From an uncultured Clostridia bacterium (GTDB lineage: Bacteria; Bacillota; Clostridia; Oscillospirales; CAG-382): a DNA stretch of 54,120 bases. The stretch covers positions 1 through 54,120 of the forward strand of contig CANQTR010000003.1 in the NCBI GenBank assembly GCA_947626805.1, read 5' to 3'. The notes under the pieces were generated by a model. The model worked only from the letters and a program-made list of their open reading frames with translations, was not told the origin of the DNA and did no database searches. Shown one piece after another: positions 33,683 through 42,530 of the stretch. The position numbers and the translations under genes are program-made. How positions within the stretch are numbered: position 1 is the first letter of the stretch; each line of letters begins with the position of its first letter.

Positions 33683-35134
33683 TTATTTCGACAAATTCAA
33701 AAAGGCGCGCAACTTCGGCTGGATCTGCTTCTGCAGCGCGGGGATAGACTCCCGCGTGGTCCAGCTGCACCAGTAGGTATAGCCGCCCAGCGTCAGCGAG
33801 CGCGGGGTCGCCATGTAGCTGTAATAGCCGTTGCACTGGTCGAGCGGAATGGTTTTCGACCCGGTGCAGACCGACCGCAGCCACGTCGACAGCTCCGTCA
33901 GGCTCTCGCCCGGCACCCCGACGAACAGGTAATCCGCGAACCGCACGCAAGGGATATCGACCGTGACCTCCCGTTTCGCGAGCGTTTCGTCGTCGAACCC
34001 GCAAATATCGTACGCCATCGGTCCGTTGTAAATCGCCTTGTAGTAGTCGTCTATCGTCCGCTTGACTTGCGCGGGGGTGCGCGTCGGGTCCGCCTTCGCC
34101 CGCTCGAACGCCTCGCGCGCGGCGTTCTGCAGCGCTTCCTGTCCGTTTCGCGCCTCCTCGAGCGTGCGGGGCATATCCTCCCGCATCGGCAGGACCGCCG
34201 TGAAGGTTTCGGTCCGCAAGAAGTCCGTATCCGTCAGAACCCGCTTGCTTTCGCGGTAGGAAAGTTCCAGTTTGTCGGCGAACCAGTTGCCCAGACGGCG
34301 GCACTCCGCGTCGCTCGCCTCGAAATCGTCGATACCGTCGTACCCCTTCTTCGTCGAAAGGTCCGCGCACGGACCGTTGAGGTAGACGGACATCCCGCCG
34401 AAATCCCGCTCCAGCCGCTCGGACAGGTAGCCCGGCCAATCGAAGTCGTACCGGTACATTTGCGCCTTGCCCTGCACCGGGCGAAGTTCGAACAGCACCC
34501 CCACGTCCGGGTGCGCCGCGAACCGCGACACCGTGCCGAGCGTCCGCCCGTCCTCCCCGCGAAAGACAAACAGGTAGGCGAGCGGGTCGTTCGGGTTGTC
34601 GAAGTAGACCGGCTGTTCGACGATGTGCGGGCGGTAATCCCGCAGCAGCATAATCCCCTCGTCCGCCGTGCAGGGGCGCCCGTCGCCGTCGAACCCCATG
34701 CCGGTCCAGACGGTCACGCCGCCGAGCCCCTCGACGTACTGCTCGCGGTTGAAACTGCAATCCGTGCCGAAGTACGCCTCCGTCGCCTCGCAGGTGAACG
34801 GGACCGCGTTCCGCACCATCTCCCGCACCGCCGGGATCGCCCGCTCGATGACGCCGTCCATCGCCTCGTGCATCAGCGCGGAATCCGGCGCGGCGTGACA
34901 CTGCAGCTCGTGATAAACGATGCTTTTTTCGGGGATCCCGCAAGCGGCGGACACCTCCGCGCGGAACCGCCGCGCGTCGCTCGCCCGGGTGTTCAGCGAA
35001 TCGAACGCGCAGAACAGCGCCTGCTCCTCCCCGGAACGGAGGTAAAAGAACCGACCGTACAGCTCCGTCGCGTACGGCCAGCGCGGGGTGAAACACCCGC
35101 GGAGCGGAATTTTAGCAAAACTGCAAACTGCCAT
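33683..35134 (-). CDS. Hypothetical protein, neutral-ceramidase-like fold suspected
   Basis: 483 aa, no TM; HELQCHAAP and VGVPGESLTEL...GYYSYMATP resemble ceramidase-like hydrolase blocks (weak recall); AAAGGA RBS. Confidence 0.45.
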   Translation of the reverse strand: MAVCSFAKIPLRGCFTPRWPYATELYGRFFYLRSGEEQALFCAFDSLNTRASDARRFRAEVSAACGIPEKSIVYHELQCHAAPDSALMHEAMDGVIERAIPAVREMVRNAVPFTCEATEAYFGTDCSFNREQYVEGLGGVTVWTGMGFDGDGRPCTADEGIMLLRDYRPHIVEQPVYFDNPNDPLAYLFVFRGEDGRTLGTVSRFAAHPDVGVLFELRPVQGKAQMYRYDFDWPGYLSERLERDFGGMSVYLNGPCADLSTKKGYDGIDDFEASDAECRRLGNWFADKLELSYRESKRVLTDTDFLRTETFTAVLPMREDMPRTLEEARNGQEALQNAAREAFERAKADPTRTPAQVKRTIDDYYKAIYNGPMAYDICGFDDETLAKREVTVDIPCVRFADYLFVGVPGESLTELSTWLRSVCTGSKTIPLDQCNGYYSYMATPRSLTLGGYTYWCSWTTRESIPALQKQIQPKLRAFLNLSK

Positions 35135-35148
35135 GAGGAAAATCCTTT

Positions 35149-35736
35149 CTAACCGAAAAAGTCGTAGGAGGTGATGTAGGTCCAGACGATACGGTCGCCC
35201 GGAGAAGGAAAAATATCCGCCGCCGACGCGGTCGGCTGTTCGCCGTTGACCGCAAAGGTCCAGCCGGACTCGTCCCCGCAAAGGAACGCGGTCAGCCCGT
35301 CGATCCCGACGAGGTACCCCCCGTCGAACGCGAGCAGCAGCCCCTCCTGTTCGGCGGTCCGGCGCAGCACGGAAAGCACGCTGTCGCCCTCCCGCAGCGG
35401 CACCTCGACCGCCGCAAGCAACCGCCCGTCCGCGGGGAATTCCAGCGCTTCCACCGCGTCCCCGCCGTACGCCAGCGCGGCGGACGCGTCGACGGAAACC
35501 GTCACGGACCCGACCACCGGCGGCTCCGTCGAATCCCGACCGAAAAACGCCCACCACGCGACCGTCCCGCCGCACAGCAACGCGACCGCGACTCCCGCCG
35601 CGACCGCCCGCTTGCGCCGCCCCCTGACCGCGAACACGACCGTCAGCGCCGCCAGCGCGACCGCCGCGAACAGCACCGCCGCCAGCCCGACCTGCACGCC
35701 CGCCGTAACCGAAAGCACCCGGGGAAACCATTCCAT
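35149..35736 (-). CDS. DUF4430-domain membrane-anchored protein
   Basis: Two N-terminal TM helices; C-terminal GWTFAVNGEQP...PGDRIVWTY is the DUF4430 signature. Confidence 0.7.
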   Translation of the reverse strand: MEWFPRVLSVTAGVQVGLAAVLFAAVALAALTVVFAVRGRRKRAVAAGVAVALLCGGTVAWWAFFGRDSTEPPVVGSVTVSVDASAALAYGGDAVEALEFPADGRLLAAVEVPLREGDSVLSVLRRTAEQEGLLLAFDGGYLVGIDGLTAFLCGDESGWTFAVNGEQPTASAADIFPSPGDRIVWTYITSYDFFG

Positions 35737-35804
35737 CTCTTCATCACGCCCCTTGTTTCCCCGATTTTACCATGTTTTCCCCGGTTTGTCAATCCTTTTT
35801 TCGC

Positions 35805-38435
35805 TCAAAGGTTCTCCTGCCGCAAGGTTTCGACCGGGTTATCCCGCCGCAGCCGCCGCGTCGCGTACAGCATCGTGACCGCCACCACGACGAACACGCT
35901 CACGACCGCGACCGCCACGTTCCCCCACGGCATGTAGAATTTTTCGTCCATATCGACCAGCAAATACATGCCGTAGCAGAGCGCGAACGCGAGCGGCAGC
36001 CCGTACAGCAGCCCCCGGAACCCGTAAAGCAGGCATTCGTAGTGCATCATGCGCCGGAACCCCTTCCGCGACATCCCGACCGAGCGCAGCATCGCGAATT
36101 CCCGCCGCCGCAGGGAAACGTTCGTCGACACCGTATTGAACACGTTCGCCATCGCGATGAGGGAAATCAGGATGATGAACCCGTAGGAGAACACGTTGAT
36201 GACCGTCACCAACGCCTTTTCCGCCGCCGACGACGCCGCGTGATTGCTCACATACGTCGCGATTCCCTCCGTCCGCAAAAGCTGTTCGATTTCCGCCTCC
36301 GCCCGGTCGTAGGCGGCGGCTTTGAAGTAGAAGAAGGTGTACCGTTCCGCCTCGTCCCCCAGCACCGCCGTCCGCACCGCGTTCGGGTAGAACACCGTCG
36401 GCGCCGAGCCGAAGTGCATATAGTATTCGGGTTCCTCCAGAAACGCCCCGACGGTCAGGGACGTCCGCCGTTCCGCGTCCGCCACCGGTTCCCAGACCGC
36501 CTTCGATTCGTCCAGTGCCCCGGCGCCGAACCCTTCGAGGTAGTCGGTCGGGTAATACGGGATACACCGCACCCCGTCCCGCTCCGCGATTCCCTCCGCG
36601 TAGGGGGTGTACCCCTCCTTCTCGCGGTAGCCCAGCAGCAGCGACGCGGTTTGCGGCAATGCGTCCGCCCGCAAAACCGGGACCGTTTCAAACGCGTCCG
36701 CTCCCTGCACATAGCGTTCCTGCCGGTTCCAGAGCACCCCGCGCGGGTCGTCCGCGTCGAAAAAGTCGTCCGCGTTCAGCCGATTCTTCGCGCAGAGCGC
36801 CCGGAACGCGTCGTCCGAAAGGAAATGCACCTGCACGTACAGGTCCGCGCCGTCCGTCAGATACAGCGAGCGGTTTGTCTCTCGCGTTTCGTCCGTCAGC
36901 GCGTCCGCGTCGAACCGCGCCCATTCGACCTGATAGGTGGAAAAGACGGCGTCGTCCACCGCGTCCAGTTCGCGCAGTTTGCGGAGAAGTTCCTCCTTCC
37001 CGTCCGTTTGATGGTACTGAAACGACAGGTCCGGTCCGTCCTCCGGCGCGAACGTGTCCGCCGAACCCGTCAGGTTCGCGCAGAAGGTCGTCGCGCCCAG
37101 AAACAGCACGACGCTCAGGCTCAGCGACAGGACCACCGCGCGGTACCGCTTACGGCTCCGGCGGAAGTTCTTCGCCGCGAGCATGCCTTCCAGCCCGAAC
37201 AGTTTTTCCGTCAGCGACATCGACCGCACGTCCCGCTTTTGCAATTTCACGTCGCCGGCTTGCCGTATCGCGTCGATAGCGCTCTGCTTCATCGCGCGCC
37301 GTGCGGGAATTGCCGCCGAAATCAGCGTCGTCACGACGCCCAGCCCCGCCGCGAGCAGCAGCCCGAGCGGGTGGATGACCGTTTTCATCCGCACCGACGC
37401 GTAATCCCCTAAAATCCGCGCAAAATCGTCCTGCAGAAAATGCAGCGTCAACCCGATCCCGACGCACCCGACCAGCAGACCGAGCGGAATCGCGAACGCG
37501 CACAGCAGAAACGCCTCCCACAGCACGCTCGCGCGAATCTGCCGGTTCGTCGCGCCGACCGACTTGAGGATACCGAACTGCCGCGTCCGCTCCCCGACCG
37601 AAATGGAGAACGCGTTGTAAATCAGCGAAACCGAGCCGAGCGCGACGAGGAACAGCAGAATCCCCGCGAACGAGTACAGGATTCGCGTGTAATCCGCCGT
37701 GCGGAACGAGCCGGAAAGCCGTAACAAATCCTGATGCACGACGTAATCCGCGTCGAGCGCGTGCGCCGGCATGTATTCGTAGAATTTCGACGGCTTCTCC
37801 ACCGTGAAGAACACCGCGCAGGTCCCCCGCCCGCCGCCGACCGTAAAGGCGGTGAACCCCGGCATATCGTAATCCTCGACGAGCAGATTCAGCCGCTTGT
37901 AGAACCCGACGACCGTGTAGGTTTTCTGTTCCACAACTTCCCCGTCCGGCGTTTCCCGCAAGTCCAGCGTCAGCGTGTCGCCGAGCGCGAACAGCCGCCC
38001 GCCGCCGCTTTCGACGACCGTCGGCAGAAGCAGTTCGCCGTCCGCTTGCGGCAGCCGCCCGTCGGTCAGCCGAATCGACAGCAGGTCCGGCAGATTCGGG
38101 TCCATGTCCTCCACCAGCAGGTAGGGTTTGTCCGGGTTATCCCCGCCGAACTCCGCCCAGCCGACCTCCCGCCAGCCCGCCGCCGATTCGACGCCGTCCG
38201 TCTTTTCGACCGCCGCCGCCTGTTCCGGGGTCAGGTTCGGGTAGAACGCGTGAAACGCCCCGACCGAATCGATTTCCGCGTCCCGCAGATAGCAAAGCCC
38301 GCTGTATCCCCCCACCGCCACCGCCGTGAACAGCGCCGCCGACAGCAGAATCCCCGCCACGGTCACCAGCGTCCGCACCGGGTTCCGCAGCAGGCTCTTC
38401 CAGGTAAATTTTCGCAGTACGTTCATCGCCCTCAC
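35805..38435 (-). CDS. ABC transporter permease with two FtsX domains (MacB/BceB-like, 876 aa)
   Basis: N-terminal LLRNPVRTLVTVAGI, two FtsX-type 4-helix blocks each preceded by a large extracytoplasmic region; GTGA overlap with the ATPase gene. Confidence 0.85.
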   Translation of the reverse strand: MRAMNVLRKFTWKSLLRNPVRTLVTVAGILLSAALFTAVAVGGYSGLCYLRDAEIDSVGAFHAFYPNLTPEQAAAVEKTDGVESAAGWREVGWAEFGGDNPDKPYLLVEDMDPNLPDLLSIRLTDGRLPQADGELLLPTVVESGGGRLFALGDTLTLDLRETPDGEVVEQKTYTVVGFYKRLNLLVEDYDMPGFTAFTVGGGRGTCAVFFTVEKPSKFYEYMPAHALDADYVVHQDLLRLSGSFRTADYTRILYSFAGILLFLVALGSVSLIYNAFSISVGERTRQFGILKSVGATNRQIRASVLWEAFLLCAFAIPLGLLVGCVGIGLTLHFLQDDFARILGDYASVRMKTVIHPLGLLLAAGLGVVTTLISAAIPARRAMKQSAIDAIRQAGDVKLQKRDVRSMSLTEKLFGLEGMLAAKNFRRSRKRYRAVVLSLSLSVVLFLGATTFCANLTGSADTFAPEDGPDLSFQYHQTDGKEELLRKLRELDAVDDAVFSTYQVEWARFDADALTDETRETNRSLYLTDGADLYVQVHFLSDDAFRALCAKNRLNADDFFDADDPRGVLWNRQERYVQGADAFETVPVLRADALPQTASLLLGYREKEGYTPYAEGIAERDGVRCIPYYPTDYLEGFGAGALDESKAVWEPVADAERRTSLTVGAFLEEPEYYMHFGSAPTVFYPNAVRTAVLGDEAERYTFFYFKAAAYDRAEAEIEQLLRTEGIATYVSNHAASSAAEKALVTVINVFSYGFIILISLIAMANVFNTVSTNVSLRRREFAMLRSVGMSRKGFRRMMHYECLLYGFRGLLYGLPLAFALCYGMYLLVDMDEKFYMPWGNVAVAVVSVFVVVAVTMLYATRRLRRDNPVETLRQENL

Positions 38436-39112
38436 CGCAGCCTTTCGTCCCGCACGATGCGCCCGTCCTCGAAGGACAGCACGCGGTCCGCCTGCAGGGC
38501 AATCGACTCGTCGTGCGTGATGAGCAAGAGCGTCTGCCCGTAGGCGCGATTGGAATACCGCAAGAGTTCCACGATTTCCCGGCTGTTCGCCGAATCCAAG
38601 TTCCCGGTCGGCTCGTCCGCCAGCACGATTGCCGGCGCGTTCATCAGCGCCCGCCCGATAGACACCCGCTGCTGCTGCCCGCCCGAAAGCTGATTCGGCA
38701 GGCTGTCCCGCTTGTCGGTCAGCCCGAGCGTCCGCAGCAGTTCCCGCAGCCGCTCCTCGTTGACCTTCCGCCCGTCCATCAGCACCGGCAGGGTCATATT
38801 TTCCACCACGTTCAGCACCGGAATGAGGTTATAGAACTGGTAAATCAGCCCGACCTGCCTACGCCGAAACACCGCGAGCCGGTCCTCGTCCTGTGCGTAC
38901 ACGTCCTGCCCGCCCACGAACACCTTCCCGCTCGTCGGGCGGTCCACCCCGCCGAGCAGGTGCAAAAGCGTCGACTTTCCCGACCCCGACGGTCCGATCA
39001 GCGCGGCAAACTCCCCCTTTTCCAGCGAAAACGTCAGGTCGTCCACCGCCCGCACCCGGTTTTCGCCCTCCCCGTATACCTTTGATAAATGTTCCGTCCG
39101 CAGAATCTCCAC
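38432..39112 (-). CDS. ABC transporter ATP-binding protein (MacB/LolD/BceA-like)
   Basis: GPSGSGKST, LSGGQQQRV, VLADEPTGNLD; GTG start 7 nt after AAGGAAGG. Confidence 0.9.
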   Translation of the reverse strand: MEILRTEHLSKVYGEGENRVRAVDDLTFSLEKGEFAALIGPSGSGKSTLLHLLGGVDRPTSGKVFVGGQDVYAQDEDRLAVFRRRQVGLIYQFYNLIPVLNVVENMTLPVLMDGRKVNEERLRELLRTLGLTDKRDSLPNQLSGGQQQRVSIGRALMNAPAIVLADEPTGNLDSANSREIVELLRYSNRAYGQTLLLITHDESIALQADRVLSFEDGRIVRDERLR

Positions 39113-39178
39113 CGTCGGACCTTCCTTTCCGGCGCCCTCGCGCCCGTTTTCTGCCTCCAGTTTACCGCGGAAAAGTGA

Positions 39179-39228
39179 CGCGTCGGTGACAGTTTGCTGA
39201 CGTTTCTGTCACCGACGCGCGTTTTTTT
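39179..39228. terminator. Long 14-bp hairpin between the HK gene and the ABC genes (terminator and/or operator)
   Basis: CGCGTCGGTGACAG-N13-CTGTCACCGACGCG; T7 run on the plus side, ACTTTTCC on the minus side. Confidence 0.5.
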
Positions 39229-39265
39229 CGCGTTTTTTGTCGCGGGACGTTTTCGCGGGACGTCT

Positions 39266-39345
39266 TTGCGGGGCTTTGCCCCGCCCCCCCATTTAAGGAA
39301 CTTTTTGGAAAAAGTTCCTTAAAAATCCTCAAAAACGTTTCGATT
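39266..39345 (+). repeat. Modular interspersed repeat, copy n
   Basis: TTGCGGGGCTTTGCCCCGCCCCCCCATTTAAGGAACTTTTTGGAAAAAGTTCCTTAAAAATCCTCAAAAACGTTTCGATTTT. Confidence 0.9.
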
Positions 39346-39420
39346 TTTTATGCAAAACGCGTTCCCGCTTTGGCAAAAAAACACAGCGAAAGGCGATACG
39401 TCCTCGTTTGCCGCAAAAAT

Positions 39421-40440
39421 TCAAATAACGCCCTTCGGGAACCGAATCCGGAACAGCGCGCCGCCCTCCGGCGCATTTTCCGCACGCAGGGACGCACCTT
39501 GCGCCTCCAAAACCGCCCGCGCGAACGCCAACCCGATGCCCGCGCTCCCCGCGGCGGCGTTCCTCCCGCGGTAGAACCGCTCGAACAGGCGCGGCAAATC
39601 CCGCCGGTCGAACCCCGGACCGCTATCCCGCACGGTCAGCTCGACGAACAGCGCCGTTTCCGCCGATTCGACGCGTATCTCCCCGCCCGTCGGCGTATGC
39701 TCGACGCAATTCTTCAGCAGGTTCTCCAGCGCCTCCGCGCACCAGCGCAAGTCCCCGAAAAACCGCTCCTCCCCGACCCGAACGGTCAGCTTCTGCTCCC
39801 GCAGTTCCATCGGGACCGCGAACGGCTCGACCGCGCGCCGCACCCATTCCGCGACCGTCCGTGTTTCGGGCGCAAACGTGATCGCCCCCGCGTCGATACC
39901 GGATAGCTTCAGCAGCGTTTCGACCAGCCAATCCACCCGCTCCAGCGATTCGCGCAACTCGTACGTCAGCGCCAGCCGCCGCTCGTCCGACAGGGATTCC
40001 GACGCGAGCAGGGAAAGCGTCAACTGCATGGTCGTCAGCGGCGTCCGCAACTGATGCGAAATGTCCGCCATCGCGTCCGAAAGCCGCCGTTTATCCTGCT
40101 GCAGCAGGTCCGCCGCCTCCCGCAGACGCACGGTCATCTTGCGAATCTCGCTCTTGAGAATGGAGAGTTCCCCCTCCTCGTTATCGGAAAGCAGGAAGTC
40201 CTCCTGCCCGTGCAGAACCCGGTCAATCCCCCCGCAAAGCGCCGCCAAATCCCGGTACCGCCGACGCAAAAACACCGCGTGAACGCCCCCCGCGCACACC
40301 GCGCCGCACGCCGCAAACCCGCCGCACGCCGGCGACACGAAAACCCCCGCCGCGCACACCGCCGCCGTCACGACGCCCCACGCGACCAACTCCCGCCGCA
40401 CGTCGCGGTTGCGGAGCAGCCCGCCTCTCCCCGCCTTCAT
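39421..40440 (-). CDS. Intramembrane-sensing histidine kinase (BceS-like)
   Basis: Two N-terminal TM helices with no extracytoplasmic domain, H-box SHQLRTPLT, HATPase blocks DSGPGF and GIGLAFA. Confidence 0.85.
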   Translation of the reverse strand: MKAGRGGLLRNRDVRRELVAWGVVTAAVCAAGVFVSPACGGFAACGAVCAGGVHAVFLRRRYRDLAALCGGIDRVLHGQEDFLLSDNEEGELSILKSEIRKMTVRLREAADLLQQDKRRLSDAMADISHQLRTPLTTMQLTLSLLASESLSDERRLALTYELRESLERVDWLVETLLKLSGIDAGAITFAPETRTVAEWVRRAVEPFAVPMELREQKLTVRVGEERFFGDLRWCAEALENLLKNCVEHTPTGGEIRVESAETALFVELTVRDSGPGFDRRDLPRLFERFYRGRNAAAGSAGIGLAFARAVLEAQGASLRAENAPEGGALFRIRFPKGVI

Positions 40441-41120
40441 TCCCCGCTCCGGTAGCCGATGCCCCGCACGGTGCGTATCAGCGTCGGCTCTTGCGGGTCC
40501 CGCTCGATTTTCTCCCGCAATCGTTTGATGTAGACGGTCAGGGTGTTATCGTTGACGAAATCCCCGGAAACGTCCCAAATTTCCTCCAGCAGCCGCGCGC
40601 GGGTCAGCAGCTTGCCCCGGTTATTCGCGAACACGAGAAGAATGCGGTATTCCAGCGCGGAAAGCGGCACTTCCGCCCCGTCCCGCGTCACGACCCCCTT
40701 CTCCGTGTCCACCAGCAGGTCGCCGAACGGCAAAAACCCCTTCGCGCCGTCGTACCGCCGCAGGACGCTCCGAATCCGCGAGGCGAGTTCCCGCGGGCGG
40801 AACGGTTTCGAAACGTAATCGTCCGCCCCCATGTCCAGCCCCGCGACCACGCTGCCCTCGTCCCCCGACGCCGTCAGGAAAATGACCGGCAGCCCCCGTT
40901 TCTTCGCGTCGGCGCAAGCCCCGTAGCCGCTCCCGTCCGCGAGCGCGATGTCCGCGAGCAGCAGGTCGAACCCGCCGTCCCGCAAGCGCCGTTCCGCGTC
41001 CGCCTGCCCCGCGACGGCGCACACGTCGAACCCCTCCCCCGCGAGGAATTCCCGCAACGACCGGGCGATTCCCCCGTCGTCCTCCGCGAGCAGAATGCGT
41101 TTCCGCTGTCCTTCCGGCAT
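40437..41120 (-). CDS. OmpR-family response regulator (BceR-like)
   Basis: ILLAEDD, DLLLADIALADGSG, DDYVSKPF, winged helix SALEYRILLVF...VRGIGYR; ATGA overlap with the HK gene; upstream ORF extension rejected. Confidence 0.9.
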   Translation of the reverse strand: MPEGQRKRILLAEDDGGIARSLREFLAGEGFDVCAVAGQADAERRLRDGGFDLLLADIALADGSGYGACADAKKRGLPVIFLTASGDEGSVVAGLDMGADDYVSKPFRPRELASRIRSVLRRYDGAKGFLPFGDLLVDTEKGVVTRDGAEVPLSALEYRILLVFANNRGKLLTRARLLEEIWDVSGDFVNDNTLTVYIKRLREKIERDPQEPTLIRTVRGIGYRSGE

Positions 41121-41262
41121 ACCCTTTCCCGTCCTTTCGTCCTTTTTTTGTTCCGTTTCACCGCAAAATGCGAGTCCCGGGCAGAACGCGTTTCCGCCGT
41201 CCTTCCGGCATACCCGTTCCCGCCCTTTCGTCTTTTTTTCGATTGCACCGCAAAAAGCGGAC
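41091..41262 (-). repeat. 91-nt tandem duplication of the response regulator 5' end (RBS plus first ~10 codons)
   Basis: 41091-41175 versus 41182-41262 are near-identical; the distal copy gives uORF MPEGRRKRVLPGTRILR* (41158-41211). Confidence 0.85.
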
Positions 41263-41294
41263 CCCAAAAGGAAGTTTCTCCCTCGGGGGCCCGC
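41251..41294 (-). terminator. Rho-independent terminator after the surface-protein gene
   Basis: Minus strand GCGGGCCCCC..GGGGTCCGC followed by TTTTT (large loop, one mismatch). Confidence 0.5.
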
Positions 41295-41358
41295 TCTCAC
41301 AGACCGTATGCGACCGGCGAACCGGGCTGACCGCCCCTTGCCGGGAAGGTTTGCGATT

Positions 41359-42372
41359 TTACTTCTTCTTCCGGACGACGACCACGACCACGACGATTGC
41401 GACGACCGCAACGACCGCGACGATGATGCCGACGATTGCGCCGGTACCCAGTCCGCCTCCGGAGGACACTTCACTGCTCGCCGCGCCGGACGCGACGGAG
41501 GACGCCGCACTGGACGCCGTGCTGCTCGCCGTGCTGGACGTAGCGGAGGACGCCGCGGAGGACGCTTCGCTGCTCGCCGCGCTGCTCGCCGCACTGGACG
41601 TAGACGCCGCGCTGGACGCTTCGCTGCTCGCCGCGGAGGACGTCGCGCTGGAGGTAGAAGCCGCACTGGACGTCGTGCTGATTTCCACCGGCGCCGGCTT
41701 ATTCTTGCCGAGTTCCACCTTTTCGTCGTCCACGATACCCATCGTGAAAAGGGTCAGTTCGGAACCGACGACCGAACCCTTCAGGCTCAGGTCGAGCTGG
41801 GTGAAGTGGTGCAGTTTGTCGTCATAAACCTTCTTGGTGTCGGAGCTTACATAGGTACCGAAATCCCAAACGACATAGTTGACGCTGCCGTCGGCGTACT
41901 GCTTGGTCGAACCGACGTCGGTCGCGCCGTCAAACTGTTTTCTGAATTTCACGTAATCCGCGCTGTACATGGATTCCATGTAGAGGTCGGCGACCGCGGG
42001 AGCGACCTTATCCTTACGGGTGTAGTGGAACACCATGTGGTCAATCTTGATGGAGCCGGCGGTGCCGAAGTCCAGCGCGAAGAAAGCGGGTTCGCCCACG
42101 TTGACATTCCCGCCAATCTGCATGGTGCCGCCCTTTTCAAAATCGACGACCAGCGTCGGGTTGCTGCCCGTGACCTTGATGACCAGCGAGCCGTTGTCAT
42201 CGCTACGAACCTCGCAATCGGTCGCCTTGATGACGTCTTTGTCCAATTCCGCGTCGGGCATCAAATCGACGACCATATCGTCGCCGAGGATGGATTCCGC
42301 GCCGACCGTGACAAGCGCGAACGGCAGAGCCAGCATGACGAGAACAAGCATGGCGCAAAGCAGTTTTTTCAT
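41359..42372 (-). CDS. Cell-surface protein: signal peptide, unknown ~210-aa domain, Ser/Ala-rich linker, C-terminal TM anchor
   Basis: MKKLLCAMLVLVMLALPFA signal; SSAAS-type low complexity; IVGIIVAVVAVVAIVVVVVVVRKKK anchor; AAGGAGA RBS. Confidence 0.8.
   Translation of the reverse strand: MKKLLCAMLVLVMLALPFALVTVGAESILGDDMVVDLMPDAELDKDVIKATDCEVRSDDNGSLVIKVTGSNPTLVVDFEKGGTMQIGGNVNVGEPAFFALDFGTAGSIKIDHMVFHYTRKDKVAPAVADLYMESMYSADYVKFRKQFDGATDVGSTKQYADGSVNYVVWDFGTYVSSDTKKVYDDKLHHFTQLDLSLKGSVVGSELTLFTMGIVDDEKVELGKNKPAPVEISTTSSAASTSSATSSAASSEASSAASTSSAASSAASSEASSAASSATSSTASSTASSAASSVASGAASSEVSSGGGLGTGAIVGIIVAVVAVVAIVVVVVVVRKKK
41452..41685 (-). repeat. Degenerate tandem repeats encoding the Ser/Ala-rich linker
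   Basis: Reiterated GCTCGCCGC/GCTGGACG units visible on the plus strand. Confidence 0.7.
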
Positions 42373-42530
42373 ACGTACATTCTCTCCTTGTTTTCAAAAA
42401 AATTTGGGGGAATCGATGGGGTAAACATCTGTGTAAACACATTATACAGCAAACGAACGGATTTTGCAAGGGCTTTCCGCGAAAAAATCGAATTTTTTCC
42501 GTTTCCTACAAAAATCGCCGCGAAAACCCG

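Noticed and set aside
33605-33698. Three direct (T/G)ACAAATTC repeats in an AT-rich spacer
   Set aside because: The motif is short (9 nt), spacing is irregular (35 and 50 nt), and one copy lies inside a CDS end. This is compatible with chance in AT-rich promoter DNA.
39179-39228. Strong plus-strand intrinsic terminator
   Set aside because: The hairpin with a T7 run reads as a terminator on the plus strand, but no plus-strand gene lies upstream. I kept it as a strand-ambiguous hairpin that is probably relevant to the minus-strand HK/ABC junction.
3829-39345. Possibility that the recurring ~30-nt palindrome is a CRISPR array
   Set aside because: The copies are kilobases apart, in both orientations, separated by genes, and embedded in larger modular units. 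There are no regularly spaced repeat-spacer units and no cas genes.
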